The notes under the pieces are model-generated. The model did no database searches, had not been told where the DNA came from, and was given only the letters and a program-made list of their open reading frames with translations. This document shows positions 32,216-42,908 of a stretch of 64,000 bases of DNA, one piece after another. The DNA lies in contig CAVQGX010000037.1 in assembly GCA_963712115.1 (NCBI GenBank), positions 125,875-189,874 on the forward strand, read 5' to 3'. This stretch comes from an uncultured delta proteobacterium (GTDB lineage: Bacteria; Desulfobacterota; Syntrophobacteria; BM002). Each line of letters opens with the position of its first letter. Positions within the stretch are counted from its first letter, which is position 1. Both the position numbers and the translations under genes were made by a program.

Positions 32216-32401
32216 CTAGCCCGGATATTTCATGAATCACCTGCTGCGACCACGGATATGGCCGTCCTTCCTGGCGTCCTCGGGTGTCGGCCCCTGCGAC
32301 GTACCGTTCAGGTAAGCCTCGGGACCAACACCCTGCGGTTGCTCGGTTGCACGCCCATCTTCGCGGTCTCGCGACAGAAATTCATGAAATATCCGGGCTA
32401 G
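32216..32401. mobile_element. MITE family A, copy 2 (186 bp)
   Basis: ctag-cccggatatttcatgaat ... attcatgaaatatccggg-ctag, perfect 18-bp TIR. Confidence 0.9.
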
Positions 32402-32509
32402 GTCTGGATGACCAAGAGTCCATCAGGGAATTCGCTGAGCAGATGCCTGCGAGATTTGGCTCCATGGTGCTTTCTGCTCAGGATGCTGAGAGCGCTATGA
32501 ACCCCTATG

Positions 32510-33084
32510 GGATATGGACCTGGCTTATCTCATGCTAGGTTAGTCTTGTGGGGCTCCCTATAGCGCTGGTCAGGCATATAATTTCGTAAAGGAAACGGTG
32601 ATCGCTTTCGGCTTTCCGGATATAGTCTTTGAATCTGAAGATGCCTTTGTTAGGTTTCTCTCCAGAAAAACAATCAGTGTAGCAACTGTAGTCTTAGGTA
32701 TATTTGCCGCTGACGTTCAAAAGAAAGTGGACATGGTGGACATGAACAATGATGGGAAGATACGGCAAATTGTCATAAAATTTAAGAAGACTGATCTACG
32801 GCGCACATGAGGAATTGCCGTATGGAGCCCAGATTTTGGCTCGTTTCATGCACGAATACCTCGCGACGATACGAGAAGCAGTGGAAAGATCGCCGGACCT
32901 CTTTATGGAAAACATTATTCAAGTAGCAATTGATGAGGGTCTGCAAGTGGAAACAGTGCAAATCTCCGATGAACCATATCTCGATATTGGAACAGCTGAT
33001 GGCTTGCTCAAAGCTGTAAAAGGTTGCCCAATTAGGGGTGGTATTGACTTGTGGATGTTTGCTTTTGGCGGGGTAAGACTTTAA
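32510..33084 (+). pseudogene. Decayed paralog of the sugar-phosphate nucleotidyltransferase at 35633
   Basis: DLAYLMLG*..APYS..QAYNFVK..IAFGFPD...LRRT*GIAVW...FMHEYL..YLDIGT; two in-frame stops, a frameshift, N-terminus missing. Confidence 0.8.
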
Positions 33085-33117
33085 ACCTCTTATCATTGGC
33101 GAATTGATGAGGTCGAT

Positions 33118-34203
33118 ATGAAACGAGCATTAATAACTGGTATCACCGGGCAAGACGGAGCCCACCTCGCCGAGTTCCTTCTAGATAAAGGTTACGAAGT
33201 CCACGGCATAAAACGCCGCTCTTCATCTTTCAATACAGCTCGCGTGGATCATCTTTACAAAGATCCACATGAAGAAGGCGTTAACTTCTTCATGCACTAT
33301 GGTGATTTGACTGATGCAACAAATCTTATTCGTATTATTCAACAGGTCCAACCCGAGGAGATTTATAATCTTGCCGCACAAAGTCATGTCAAGGTCTCTT
33401 TTGAAACACCTGAGTACACAGCGAATTCTGATGCGCTTGGTACTTTGCGCATTCTTGAGGCACTGCGAATATTAGGTCTTAAGAAAATGACAAGATTCTA
33501 CCAGGCCTCCACCAGTGAGATGTATGGCAATGTGCAAGAAGTTCCCCAGAGGGAGACAACCCCTTTTTATCCTAGAAGCCCTTACGGTGCGGCCAAGGTC
33601 TATGCCTACTGGATTACTGTAAACTACCGTGAGGCCTACAATATGTTTGCCTGCAACGGTATTCTGTTTAACCATGAGTCCCCCATTCGGGGTGAGACCT
33701 TTGTCACTCGCAAGATCACGAGGGCGGTGGCCAGGATCAAGCTCGGTCTGCAAGAAAGGCTCTATCTCGGTAACCTAAATTCCTCCAGGGACTGGGGCTA
33801 TGCAGGCGACTACGTACGCGCCATGTGGCTGATGCTTCAGCATGACGAACCTGAAGATTTTGTGATCGCAACTGGTAAATCTCATACAGTCAGGGAATTT
33901 GTAGAAAAAGCCTTGCGGGAAGTTGCCATAGAAATTGTCTGGGAAGGTTCAGGTGTGGATGAAGTCGGGAAGGATAACATGACAGGCAAGGTTCTTATCC
34001 AAGTTGATCCCCGCTACTTCCGCCCAACAGAAGTGGACTTTTTACTTGGCGATCCTTCTAAAGCAAGGGCAAGACTTGGCTGGAATGCTGAGGTCTCTTT
34101 CGACGAACTCGTAAAGCTAATGGTCGAGGAGGATATTAAAGAAGCCGAAAGAGATCATTTGCTTGAGACGAAGGGCTTTCAGACCTATCAAAATAACGAG
34201 TAA
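33118..34203 (+). CDS. gmd: GDP-mannose 4,6-dehydratase
   Basis: [49 protein letters not shown]. Confidence 0.97.
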   Translation: MKRALITGITGQDGAHLAEFLLDKGYEVHGIKRRSSSFNTARVDHLYKDPHEEGVNFFMHYGDLTDATNLIRIIQQVQPEEIYNLAAQSHVKVSFETPEYTANSDALGTLRILEALRILGLKKMTRFYQASTSEMYGNVQEVPQRETTPFYPRSPYGAAKVYAYWITVNYREAYNMFACNGILFNHESPIRGETFVTRKITRAVARIKLGLQERLYLGNLNSSRDWGYAGDYVRAMWLMLQHDEPEDFVIATGKSHTVREFVEKALREVAIEIVWEGSGVDEVGKDNMTGKVLIQVDPRYFRPTEVDFLLGDPSKARARLGWNAEVSFDELVKLMVEEDIKEAERDHLLETKGFQTYQNNE

Positions 34204-34367
34204 AAGGGGAGTAAACAGATTTTTTCGACACCAGTCGCCCAAGGCGACACACAGATGACCAAGATGATATGATAATTGAGAAGGGCTGTGTGAATCCTTT
34301 TGCTTTGGGCAGCGAGAACTGTTTATAAGGTTTCTGTTTCCCGCGACCGTTAACCACTAATGTATAG

Positions 34368-35468
34368 ATGAAAAGAACATCGAGAATATACGTTGCTGGC
34401 CACCGAGGCCTTGTTGGAAGTGCCATTCTCCGCCGCCTACATGGCGAGGGTTACAGCAAAGTGATTACGAGAACTCGCCAGGAACTGGATCTAACATGCG
34501 CAGAGACAGTCGCTGAATTTTTCAAGAAAGAGCAACCCGAATACGTTTTTCTGGCAGCAGCGAAGGTGGGCGGTATTTGGGCAAATAAGACCTATCCGGC
34601 GGAGTTCATCCACATCAACTTGAACATCCAGACGAATGTGCTCCACGCTGCCTGGCAGTCGGGCGTAGAAAGACTCATATTTCTGGGATCATCGTGCATC
34701 TATCCTCGGGAGTGTCCTCAGCCCATGAAAGAGGAACACCTCCTTATCGGTCCCCTGGAGCCTACCAATCAGCCTTACGCCGTAGCCAAAATCGCAGGAG
34801 TGGTTCAGTGTGAGGCCTATAATCGGCAGTATGAAACCCGCTTTCTTGCGGTGATGCCTACAAACCTCTATGGAGAAAACGATAATTTCGATTTGGAAGA
34901 TTCCCATGTGCTCCCTGCGTTGATACGCAAATTTCATCTTGCTAAACTAGCAGCAAGTGGCGACTGGAAAGGTATACAAAGGGATGAAACAAAGTATGGC
35001 GCAATCCCTGACAACTTTCGAGATCGTCTATTGGCTATTGCCAAAGGGAGTGGTCACTCCATCTCTTCACCTGCCGCCCTATCCTCGCTGCCGGATCCAA
35101 CGGTAGCTGTTTGGGGTTCCGGCAATCCACGGCGGGAGTTTCTTTATGTTGATGATCTTGCCGACGCCTGTGTTTTTATTATGAATCTTGACCAAAATGT
35201 TTTCCGCTCATTGCTCACCGCTACACACCTACCTCTGCTCAACATTGGTTATGGCAAGGACATCACCATAGGTGAACTGGCGCTGCTTATTAAAGATATC
35301 GCTGGATTCGAAGGAGCATTAGTCTTCGACCCAACTAGGCCAGATGGCACGCCCAGAAAATTGCTGGATGTTTCCAAATTAGACAACCTAGGCTGGAGAC
35401 CAAGTATTTCGTTAAAGCATGGAATTCTGAAAACTTATGACTGGTATACGAAAAACATTGATCTTTGA
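34368..35468 (+). CDS. fcl: GDP-L-fucose synthase (with an insertion of about 50 aa)
   Basis: VAGHRGLVGSA, AAAKVGGI, LGSSCIYP, SHVLPALIRKFH, PDGTPRK. Confidence 0.95.
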   Translation: MKRTSRIYVAGHRGLVGSAILRRLHGEGYSKVITRTRQELDLTCAETVAEFFKKEQPEYVFLAAAKVGGIWANKTYPAEFIHINLNIQTNVLHAAWQSGVERLIFLGSSCIYPRECPQPMKEEHLLIGPLEPTNQPYAVAKIAGVVQCEAYNRQYETRFLAVMPTNLYGENDNFDLEDSHVLPALIRKFHLAKLAASGDWKGIQRDETKYGAIPDNFRDRLLAIAKGSGHSISSPAALSSLPDPTVAVWGSGNPRREFLYVDDLADACVFIMNLDQNVFRSLLTATHLPLLNIGYGKDITIGELALLIKDIAGFEGALVFDPTRPDGTPRKLLDVSKLDNLGWRPSISLKHGILKTYDWYTKNIDL

Positions 35469-35632
35469 GTGCTGGAGTCCTTCCGGACGTTTGGAGATCA
35501 ACGGTCAGCAGTGAGGAGGAGGCGGTTTTTGATACGGATCGCCTAGAGGTTCCGCGGAGCGGAGGTGGCGACATTATATGCGATTCGCGAACAGTTCATG
35601 TGAACTCTCTCAAAAAGCGGTGAGATCTGACC

Positions 35633-36451
35633 ATGCCCAGAAAGAATGCCTTGGCCGCAACCAGTAAAGAATCTCAGCAGGAGGTAATTGGCCTGATTCC
35701 GGCGGCAGGACAAGCGACCCGTCTTTCCCCACTACCTTGTAGCAAGGAATTATTCCCTATCGGGTTTGGAGCCATTAACAAAGACCATAATTTGATCCCA
35801 AAGGTTGTTTGTCACTATTTACTGGAGAAAATGCGATTAGCCGGTATTGCCAATGCGTATATTGTAATCCGGGAGGGCAAGTGGGACATACCAGCCTACT
35901 TTGGCGATGGTTCCATTTTGGGATTGAATTTGGCATATTTGATGATGGGCTTGCCCTTCGGGGTACCTTACACCATTGACCAGGCCTATCCGTTTGTAAA
36001 GGATAAGATAATCGCCCTGGGCTTTCCAGATATAATCTTTGCATCAAAAGAGGCATTTATTCAAGTATTGCACAAATTGGCGTCCACTAATGCCGATGTA
36101 GTCGTCGGCATCTTTCCTGCTGACCTTCCTCACAAGGTTGATATGCTGGATTTCGGGGATGACTTCCGGATAAAGCGATTTGTTATTAAGCCTCAAAAAA
36201 CACATTTGCGTTACACATGGGGTCTTGCAGTCTGGACTCCAGTTTTCACCCGTTACATGCACGAATACCTCTTGACCACGCGAGAGCCAGCTGCGAACTC
36301 TAAGGAGCTTTTCATGGGGGATTTAATCCAGGCGGCAATAAATGGGGGATTGCGGGTAGAGGGAGTGAAAGTCTCCGATGAACCTTACATTGATGTTGGA
36401 ACGGGTGATGACTTGCTAAGAGCGACCAAACGTTATGTCACGCATGAATGA
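35633..36451 (+). CDS. Sugar-1-phosphate nucleotidyltransferase (RmlA-like)
   Basis: GLIPAAGQATRL.P..CSKEL, YIDVGT. Confidence 0.85.
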   Translation: MPRKNALAATSKESQQEVIGLIPAAGQATRLSPLPCSKELFPIGFGAINKDHNLIPKVVCHYLLEKMRLAGIANAYIVIREGKWDIPAYFGDGSILGLNLAYLMMGLPFGVPYTIDQAYPFVKDKIIALGFPDIIFASKEAFIQVLHKLASTNADVVVGIFPADLPHKVDMLDFGDDFRIKRFVIKPQKTHLRYTWGLAVWTPVFTRYMHEYLLTTREPAANSKELFMGDLIQAAINGGLRVEGVKVSDEPYIDVGTGDDLLRATKRYVTHE

Positions 36452-36746
36452 GTTGCTAAAATAAAACAATGTTGATCTTCTAAAATCAAGGGGAAAGGCC
36501 TTTTCGAATAATTATGGGCCAAGTTTTTGCGTGACTGGAAGACAAACCTGAAAAGACTTGCAGTGTATGGATTCGCGGTGGCTTCCGGCCTGTATGTCCA
36601 GTGATGTTGGTCTTTCGAAAGGCCGGGAATAGCTGCTTTGTCCCCCTTCTTGACCTTGTTCTGAACATACTTGTCGCATTGAGAAGAAAGTAGGACTCCT
36701 ATACAGACTTCCACTAGGGCCAGTCTTTAGCTTTAATGATTTGATG

Positions 36747-36785
36747 AAAAGAGCGAGGGGAGTTGCTAACTCCCCTCGCTCTTTT
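36747..36785. terminator. Bidirectional intrinsic terminator between convergent genes
   Basis: aaaagagcgaggggagtt-gct-aactcccctcgctctttt. Confidence 0.85.
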
Positions 36786-36819
36786 GGTTAATCCACATGA
36801 AGATTCTATAAGTACTTCG

Positions 36820-37202
36820 CTATTGATTCACAAACTTCACGGCATCCGCACAGGTACTACATTGGTTTCCTACAGCAAAGATTATCACTTCTGCCGTGCC
36901 ATCGAAGTAATACGGACCAGAGTCCACTGAATTCCACTGGCCACCATTTTGGCTCTGGTTTACCGCTAAAATATCAATGACGCCCGAGGAGTCTGATATC
37001 CTTACCTGGACACTCTGACAGAGAGTATCCGTTTGCGTCCACCATAGATAAAGTTCAAATAATCCCTCAAGAGTAGCTTCATAAGTATAAGTGGCAGTGG
37101 ATCCGTGCTGTAAGCAGAGTATGAACCATAGGGATTTGAACTACCTGAGACGCGCCAAACACCAGTATGCGAAACGCCCTGTTCACCATTGTCAATAATG
37201 AC
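36820..37202 (-). pseudogene. Detached golvesin/xanthan-lyase-type C-terminal domain after the TAG of the 37203-39236 gene
   Basis: In frame after the TAG: VIIDNGEQGVSHTGVW..; after a frameshift: ATYTY..LYLWW..VNQSQNGGQW..YYF..ADAVKFV*. Confidence 0.7.
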
Positions 37203-39236
37203 CTAAGGGTCTGTCATAGTAGGCGCCTGGCCCAACATATTCAACTCCGCCACCGACGTCCAAGGGTTTCCATTCGCCTCGCTCAACGCCACCAGGCGAA
37301 TGTACCTACCTGTCACTACCGTCCCAAAGAGCACTTCTTGTTCTGTCTTCGTGTTCGGAAACGTACCTTTATTCACCGGCGCACCCCAGGCCACTCCATC
37401 ATCGCTCACGTAAAATTCGTAATCGGCAATCTGACCGTTCTGATACCAATCCGGCCGCGGCAAATAAAGAAAACCACTGAGCTCATACACATCGCCGAGA
37501 TCAATCTGGATCTCATGTGGTGGTGGCGGATCTTGCAGAAACCACTCCGTATGCCACCACGTGCCCGAATCCCCGTCAAACGCAGCGGTCGCCGGCTTGA
37601 AAACAGCCACCAACTCCTCACTGTCCACATACAACAGGCTCCAACCCACCTGCGAAATCACACTTGTCGGCGCCGGCGTGACAGAGTCCCTGATAGTTAG
37701 GTCGTGGGAGTTCGCACTGGCTATTGCACCTTCGGTGTAAGAAGCCGAAATCTGGCATGCTTGGTCTGAATTGACATCATAGGTGGTAAGAAGACCCGTG
37801 GCTGAGATACTTGCAGAGGCACAGTCCACATCCCAAATATCCGGCTCCACCAGTCGATTGGTGCCATCAGTGTAATATGCCCGGCAGTTGTAGTCCGCAT
37901 CGGTATTTTCTATTACATTAACAGGACCTTCGATCTCAATATAATCGAGTATACCAGTCGGGACCGCCACGCCCAGCATATTTAACTCCGCCACCGACGT
38001 CCAAGGGTTTCCATTCACCTCGCTCAACGCCACCAGGCGAATGTACCGGCCTGTCACTACGGTTCCAAACAGCACTTCCTGTTCCGTCTTCGCGTTCGGA
38101 AACGTACCACTAGCCACCGGCGCACCCCAGGCCACTCCATCATCGCTCACGTAAAATTCGTAATCGGCAATCTGACCGTTCTGTTCCCAATCCGGCCGCG
38201 GCAAATAACGAAAACCACTGAGCTCATACACATCGCCGAGATCAATCTGGATCTCATGTGGTGGTGGCGGATCTTGCAGAAACCACTCCGTATGCCACCA
38301 CGTTCTCGAATCCCCGTCAAACGCAGCGGTCGCCGGCTTGAAAACAGCCACCAACTCCTCACTGTCCACATACAACAGGCTCCAACCCACCTGCGAAATC
38401 ACACTTGTCGGCGGCGGTGGTGGTGGTGGTGGTGGTGGTGGTGGTGTGACAGAGTCCCTGATAGTTAGGTCATGGGTGTCCGAACTCGTTATACCACCTC
38501 TGGTATAAGAAGCCGTAATCCGGCATGCTTGGTCTGAATCGACATTATAGGTGGTAAGAAGACCCGTGACCGTGATACTTGCGTAGGAACAGGCGACATC
38601 CCAGGTGTCGGGCTGCACCAATTGACTGCTCCCATCAGGGTAATATGCCCGGCAGTTGTAATCCGCATTGGAATTCTCGTTGACATTGAGCGCACCCTCT
38701 ATCTCAATATAATCGAGGTCAGGTGTAATAACAGGACTTCCGATTGTGATTGATACTTCATTGGAATCGCCACTTTCACCGTAGGCATTGTAAGATCTTA
38801 TAACGAGATAATAGGTGGGCTCGCTGTCCAGATCAATTGTGCAGATTGTGCCTGAACCTTCCCAAGCTGGAGAGCTGTATTTATAGCTCTGCCCGTCCTG
38901 GCGTTTGAAGAGTCTATATCCATCAGCCCCGCTGGAAGCATCCCATGCCAGGGTGACCTGATCCGCGTGAGCGTTTGGTTTGAAGAAAGCAAATATCGAG
39001 ACTACGAGTAAGGCCAAAACCATGCGCCAAAACAGTTTCGAATGCGAACTAGATAAAGTGATGGAAAATCGAGGCACAGAAGTTCTGGCTCTGAGCTGCC
39101 TCCATAGTGGGCTATTGGGGTCTTTCCTACTTGCAGAAGTCTGCCGGAGTAATGAAGTAATGGAGTAATGGTTTAATGAGAAGACTTGTTCGAGTTGAAA
39201 TTCGGGGTTTAGCTTTTTCCAATTTAAAGCTACCAT
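37203..39236 (-). CDS. Secreted protein: FN3 + two (Ig-like + F5/8 type C/CBM32) modules with a poly-Pro linker
   Basis: VTLAWDAS FN3; two near-identical AFDGD..TWWHTEW..PHEIQIDLG..YLPR..NGQI..GRYIRL domains; (GGT)n at about 38410-38445; real start probably downstream of 39236. Confidence 0.85.
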   Translation of the reverse strand: MVALNWKKLNPEFQLEQVFSLNHYSITSLLRQTSASRKDPNSPLWRQLRARTSVPRFSITLSSSHSKLFWRMVLALLVVSIFAFFKPNAHADQVTLAWDASSGADGYRLFKRQDGQSYKYSSPAWEGSGTICTIDLDSEPTYYLVIRSYNAYGESGDSNEVSITIGSPVITPDLDYIEIEGALNVNENSNADYNCRAYYPDGSSQLVQPDTWDVACSYASITVTGLLTTYNVDSDQACRITASYTRGGITSSDTHDLTIRDSVTPPPPPPPPPPPPTSVISQVGWSLLYVDSEELVAVFKPATAAFDGDSRTWWHTEWFLQDPPPPHEIQIDLGDVYELSGFRYLPRPDWEQNGQIADYEFYVSDDGVAWGAPVASGTFPNAKTEQEVLFGTVVTGRYIRLVALSEVNGNPWTSVAELNMLGVAVPTGILDYIEIEGPVNVIENTDADYNCRAYYTDGTNRLVEPDIWDVDCASASISATGLLTTYDVNSDQACQISASYTEGAIASANSHDLTIRDSVTPAPTSVISQVGWSLLYVDSEELVAVFKPATAAFDGDSGTWWHTEWFLQDPPPPHEIQIDLGDVYELSGFLYLPRPDWYQNGQIADYEFYVSDDGVAWGAPVNKGTFPNTKTEQEVLFGTVVTGRYIRLVALSEANGNPWTSVAELNMLGQAPTMTDP

Positions 39237-39429
39237 TTATCTCTTTCCAAAGCGCTAGCGGTTCAAAAGCTGAGAATGCAGTAAATTAAGCCATTAGCAG
39301 ATTATTGTAAGCTCAGAGCCGACCGGGAATGTTTTTCTTCGAATAAATTTCCGGTCAATCTTCATTGAAAAACGCCCCTTGAACACCGACCTTTGCCGGC
39401 GCGCGTGGTGAGAAAGTTGCAATAAGGTA

Positions 39430-39445
39430 GGCAAATAATGTACCA
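39430..39445 (-). promoter_or_regulatory. sigma54 promoter
   Basis: Minus strand TGGTACATTATTTGCC, with AT-rich upstream DNA. Confidence 0.6.
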
Positions 39446-39798
39446 ACTTTTAACAAAAATATATCTTGATGTCTAGTCTAAAATTAAACTTAAATTTATA
39501 CGTAAAAACAGAGAATTACAAATTTTACGTGTCAGAAGTTCATGATAAACAAGGATTGTAAGACTTTGAGATTGCTTCAAACTAGTATACTTTTGAACAC
39601 ACTAGAAGAGCAGGATCTGTTGTAATTTTAATATAGGTTTCGAGGAGTTATTAATTAAGGGGGAGAGCTGCGTATTGTGAAGATAAATATTTGAAAAAGA
39701 GGAAATACATATGAAATAGGAAGTTTAGAAGTAAAGATCCCATAGGTTGTACAATTAATTGCACCCATATTTGGAATCAGCAGGGGCGCTTAGGAAGG

Positions 39799-40791
39799 TC
39801 AATCGGAAGTGAAAACAGGCTGTCTCGCATAGATAGATTCGATGACCCTCTCCAAAGGGGGGTCCGTGATAGCTATGTCTTGAACGGGAAAATTGCTGAA
39901 TAGATGAGCAGCCACGGCAGGGGCCTTATCCGGTTCAACTTCAAGCAAAACTTCGTCTTCTTTTTTTTCTAGCAGATGTCCAAGCTTTTCGAGTTGCTCT
40001 ACAGCCCACGGGCCACTGAACACAACTCTGATTTGCTTCGTGTGGCCATTTATGCGGCTCAAGTCTCGGATGCTCCCGTCAAAGACGATCTCTCCCTGGT
40101 TTATGATCACAATCCTGTCGCAGACTTGCTCAATGTCGGACATGTTATGCGAGGTCAGGAGAACTGTTTGCTTGCCTTCCCTTCCTTTTTCTCTGATAAA
40201 TTCCCTGATCTTCCTGGCATTGATCAGATCGATAGCGTTTGTAGGTTCATCGAGAAAAATGACGCTAGGATTGTGGAGCAGAGCTGCAACCAGCTCACAT
40301 CGCTTTCTCTGACCGAAGGAAAGCTTTCTTTGTGGAACCCTGAGAATGTGTTGGATGTCAGCCAACTCGAGCAAGCTACTTAAGCTCGCCTTGAAGGACT
40401 TCTCGGGGATTTCATAGACAACCTTGCAGAAGTGGAAATAATCTTCGGCGGGCAGGTCCCAAAACAAGCGGTTCCTTTGCCCGGCAACCAATGTGATGTT
40501 TTTGAGAAACTTCTTCTCCCGCTTGAAAGGCAAAGACCCCATAACCTCCACATAACCTCTCGTGGGATGGAGAATACCGGCCAGCATCTTCAAGGTAGTA
40601 GTTTTTCCGGCGCCATTTGGTCCAATAAAGCCCACAATCTCGCCTAATTCAACATCCAGATTAATTTCCTTGACAGCCTCCACGAAGACCTTCCTGCCCC
40701 TAAACAGTGATTTCATTGAACCGGTTAGCCCTGCCTCTTTGTCATAGAACCAGTATGTTTTCGATAGGTCTCTCGCCGTGATTGCTTTCAT
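39799..40791 (-). CDS. ABC transporter ATP-binding protein
   Basis: GPNGAGKTT, LSFGQ, FLDEPT, SH. Confidence 0.95.
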   Translation of the reverse strand: MKAITARDLSKTYWFYDKEAGLTGSMKSLFRGRKVFVEAVKEINLDVELGEIVGFIGPNGAGKTTTLKMLAGILHPTRGYVEVMGSLPFKREKKFLKNITLVAGQRNRLFWDLPAEDYFHFCKVVYEIPEKSFKASLSSLLELADIQHILRVPQRKLSFGQRKRCELVAALLHNPSVIFLDEPTNAIDLINARKIREFIREKGREGKQTVLLTSHNMSDIEQVCDRIVIINQGEIVFDGSIRDLSRINGHTKQIRVVFSGPWAVEQLEKLGHLLEKKEDEVLLEVEPDKAPAVAAHLFSNFPVQDIAITDPPLERVIESIYARQPVFTSD

Positions 40792-40843
40792 TGGTATTCT
40801 CCAAGTCGGTGTTTCTAATTTCTGGCTCCTGCCTATTCCACAA

Positions 40844-41644
40844 TCAAGTGCTTGCAGATAGGTAGGTCCTCAAACCGAATCTCCAAAAATTCAATGCGAG
40901 GACAAGTAAAATCGCCGTTACACCAATGGCAAAAAGGCCAAACTCGGGAGATAGGGTGAGCAACAAAGCTTGCGACGGCAGCTGAGCGATCAAGACCAAA
41001 GGCAGAAAGTAGATAAAAACCACCTTCCAAAAATATCCGAAGATATCCAGAGGATATCGACCTATTTTAAAAAGATTGTCAAATATTTTTGCCAGGCCAC
41101 TGGATTGGGTTGTCCAAAATGAGAGAGTGGCGATGATAAGGACTACAGAAAAAAGAAAGGTCAGGGCGTTGATCAGGAGCAAAATATAGATCAAAACCTG
41201 AAACCATGAGAAGGCGAACTCCAAGCGGTAGAGCACGTAGACCAAAAAACCCAGTGCCGGGAGAAAACTGATGGCATCGATGAGATCTATCTTTTCGAAG
41301 GATACAAAAAACAGCAAATTCACAGGCAGTAACAAGTGCGCATCCAGTTCGCCGGTCTGAATTTGATTTGGGAGTTGAAAAGCCAACCCGCGATAAAAGG
41401 TGATGCTCATCAAATAGTCCACCAGATGGAAGGTGGCAAAGAGGAGCAGCACCTGATCAAAGTTCCAGTGGCCGATTCGATCCACCTTTAAGAAAATGGC
41501 CTGAAAAAAGAAGAAAAGTAGGCCCATGCGGATCACTTTCCCAACGATCATTACGAAGAAATGTGGCCGGTAAGCCATCTGGCGCATAAGGCCAATCTTT
41601 GTAAAAAGTCCAAGCAGAATAGCATAGCGGCGCAATCCACTCAC
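40844..41644 (-). CDS. ABC-2 family permease (DUF990-like)
   Basis: Hydrophobic; GELD..LL.P, RYP.DIF; adjacent to the ATPase. Confidence 0.85.
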   Translation of the reverse strand: MSGLRRYAILLGLFTKIGLMRQMAYRPHFFVMIVGKVIRMGLLFFFFQAIFLKVDRIGHWNFDQVLLLFATFHLVDYLMSITFYRGLAFQLPNQIQTGELDAHLLLPVNLLFFVSFEKIDLIDAISFLPALGFLVYVLYRLEFAFSWFQVLIYILLLINALTFLFSVVLIIATLSFWTTQSSGLAKIFDNLFKIGRYPLDIFGYFWKVVFIYFLPLVLIAQLPSQALLLTLSPEFGLFAIGVTAILLVLALNFWRFGLRTYLSAST

Positions 41645-41648
41645 TCGA

Positions 41649-42470
41649 CTAATCCCCCATGGAAACGTACTGCTGGATACCTCTTTTCCAAACGATGATG
41701 TTTACAAGAGCAAGGCCAACTATCCAGGCAGCCTCCTTCGACAACTCCACAGTTGCCTGATCTAGCGAGATCTTGCCCAGATAGATTCTCATGGGCAAGT
41801 AAATAAAAAAGTGGAAAGGGAAGAAAAGAAATATCTTCTGGAGAATTGCAGGAAAAAACGAGAGAGGAATTATAACTCCCCCGGCCACCTCCATAAAAAC
41901 TCGCACAGTGAATCGCATGCCGGCAGTATTTTCAAACCAGAAGGCGAGGAGGCCCAAGGCCTCAAAAAGAAAGAACTGAAGCAAACTACCCATAAAAATA
42001 GATAGTAGGAGAAAGAAAAAATGCTTGAGACTGGCTGGAGAAACCAGGTAGTCCCTGAAGAAGACAAATACCACAAGGTAACCCGTAAAGCCCAGCAACA
42101 AGAGGAAGGCCTTGTTTCCGAGGTCCCGTACAAACCAGACCAGGTATGGGCTAATGGGGACGCTTAGCATATTGGAAAGGCTGCCGTCTCGGATACTCTG
42201 ACTGGCTTCTGCGTTCCAGGCCATGGTCAGGACAAAGCTGCTGATTAATCCGCCCCCCAGGAGATAGGTAACCATCTCTGCGACTGAATATCCGCCGATT
42301 ACACCGCGGGTGGAACTCCGATAAACTGCCAGCCAAAGAAATACCACGATGAGCGAGGAAAGGATGCCGCTCAGTATCTCCAAGCAGAAATTCACCCGGT
42401 AGATCATCCTTTGGATCCATGCCAGCTTAAAGACATGCCAAAATTTGATTAGTGAGTGATGGGTCGCCAT
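41649..42470 (-). CDS. ABC-2 family permease (DUF990-like)
   Basis: YR.NF, IRDGSL..ML..P, GG..IPLSFFP, C-terminal YVSMGD. Confidence 0.85.
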   Translation of the reverse strand: MATHHSLIKFWHVFKLAWIQRMIYRVNFCLEILSGILSSLIVVFLWLAVYRSSTRGVIGGYSVAEMVTYLLGGGLISSFVLTMAWNAEASQSIRDGSLSNMLSVPISPYLVWFVRDLGNKAFLLLLGFTGYLVVFVFFRDYLVSPASLKHFFFLLLSIFMGSLLQFFLFEALGLLAFWFENTAGMRFTVRVFMEVAGGVIIPLSFFPAILQKIFLFFPFHFFIYLPMRIYLGKISLDQATVELSKEAAWIVGLALVNIIVWKRGIQQYVSMGD

Positions 42471-42717
42471 GTAAATGATTTTTGGAAGGTTAAAGAGTTT
42501 ATTTGACTAACGACACTTAGTTTTTTGCCACTCCCCTTGATTATTTTTTTTATTTTAGCATAGTTTAGGCGTTCATTCATTCCGTGTTGCTCACCCCGTT
42601 GAGCCAGTGAACACAAAGAACTCTAGGGTGCTCGGCAAAGTCTACAGAGAACCGCCCCAAAACTTCTAGGTCTCAATTGAGTAGTAACGCACCATTCACG
42701 CCATGCGATTCGTCACA

Positions 42718-42757
42718 TCTGGAAGATTTTTTCCCATTTTATGCAGTCCATTACCCA
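42718..42757 (+). promoter_or_regulatory. Candidate bEBP enhancer (TTTTTCC-N17-TACCCA)
   Basis: Same motif, spacing and distance (75-78 bp) from the -24 box as at 55277-55316 and 60265-60304. Confidence 0.55.
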
Positions 42758-42831
42758 CACATCCAGGTTGATCATCAAACCATACTGACATAACTAATTG
42801 GTATATTAAGATAATGTTTCTTCTTCTTCCT

Positions 42832-42847
42832 TGGCACACTTCTGGCT
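42832..42847 (+). promoter_or_regulatory. sigma54 promoter
   Basis: TGGCACACTTCTGGCT (GG-N10-GC). Confidence 0.6.
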
Positions 42848-42908
42848 TACTGTTATTTCAGCAGGTTCTTCTAATTAAAATAAATTTGTTAAGAGAAGGA
42901 GTGGTTAA

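Noticed and set aside
32808-32810. In-frame TGA as selenocysteine or Trp recoding
   Set aside because: It aligns to Trp in the paralog, but the same gene also has a TAG, a frameshift and no N-terminus, and TGA is a normal stop elsewhere in the window
34960-35100. Insertion in GDP-fucose synthase as an intein or mobile insert
   Set aside because: No intein terminal residues or TIRs; variable insertions at this position are known in Fcl homologs
38410-38445. (GGT)n microsatellite as a phase-variation switch
   Set aside because: The triplet unit keeps the frame; it encodes a poly-Pro linker
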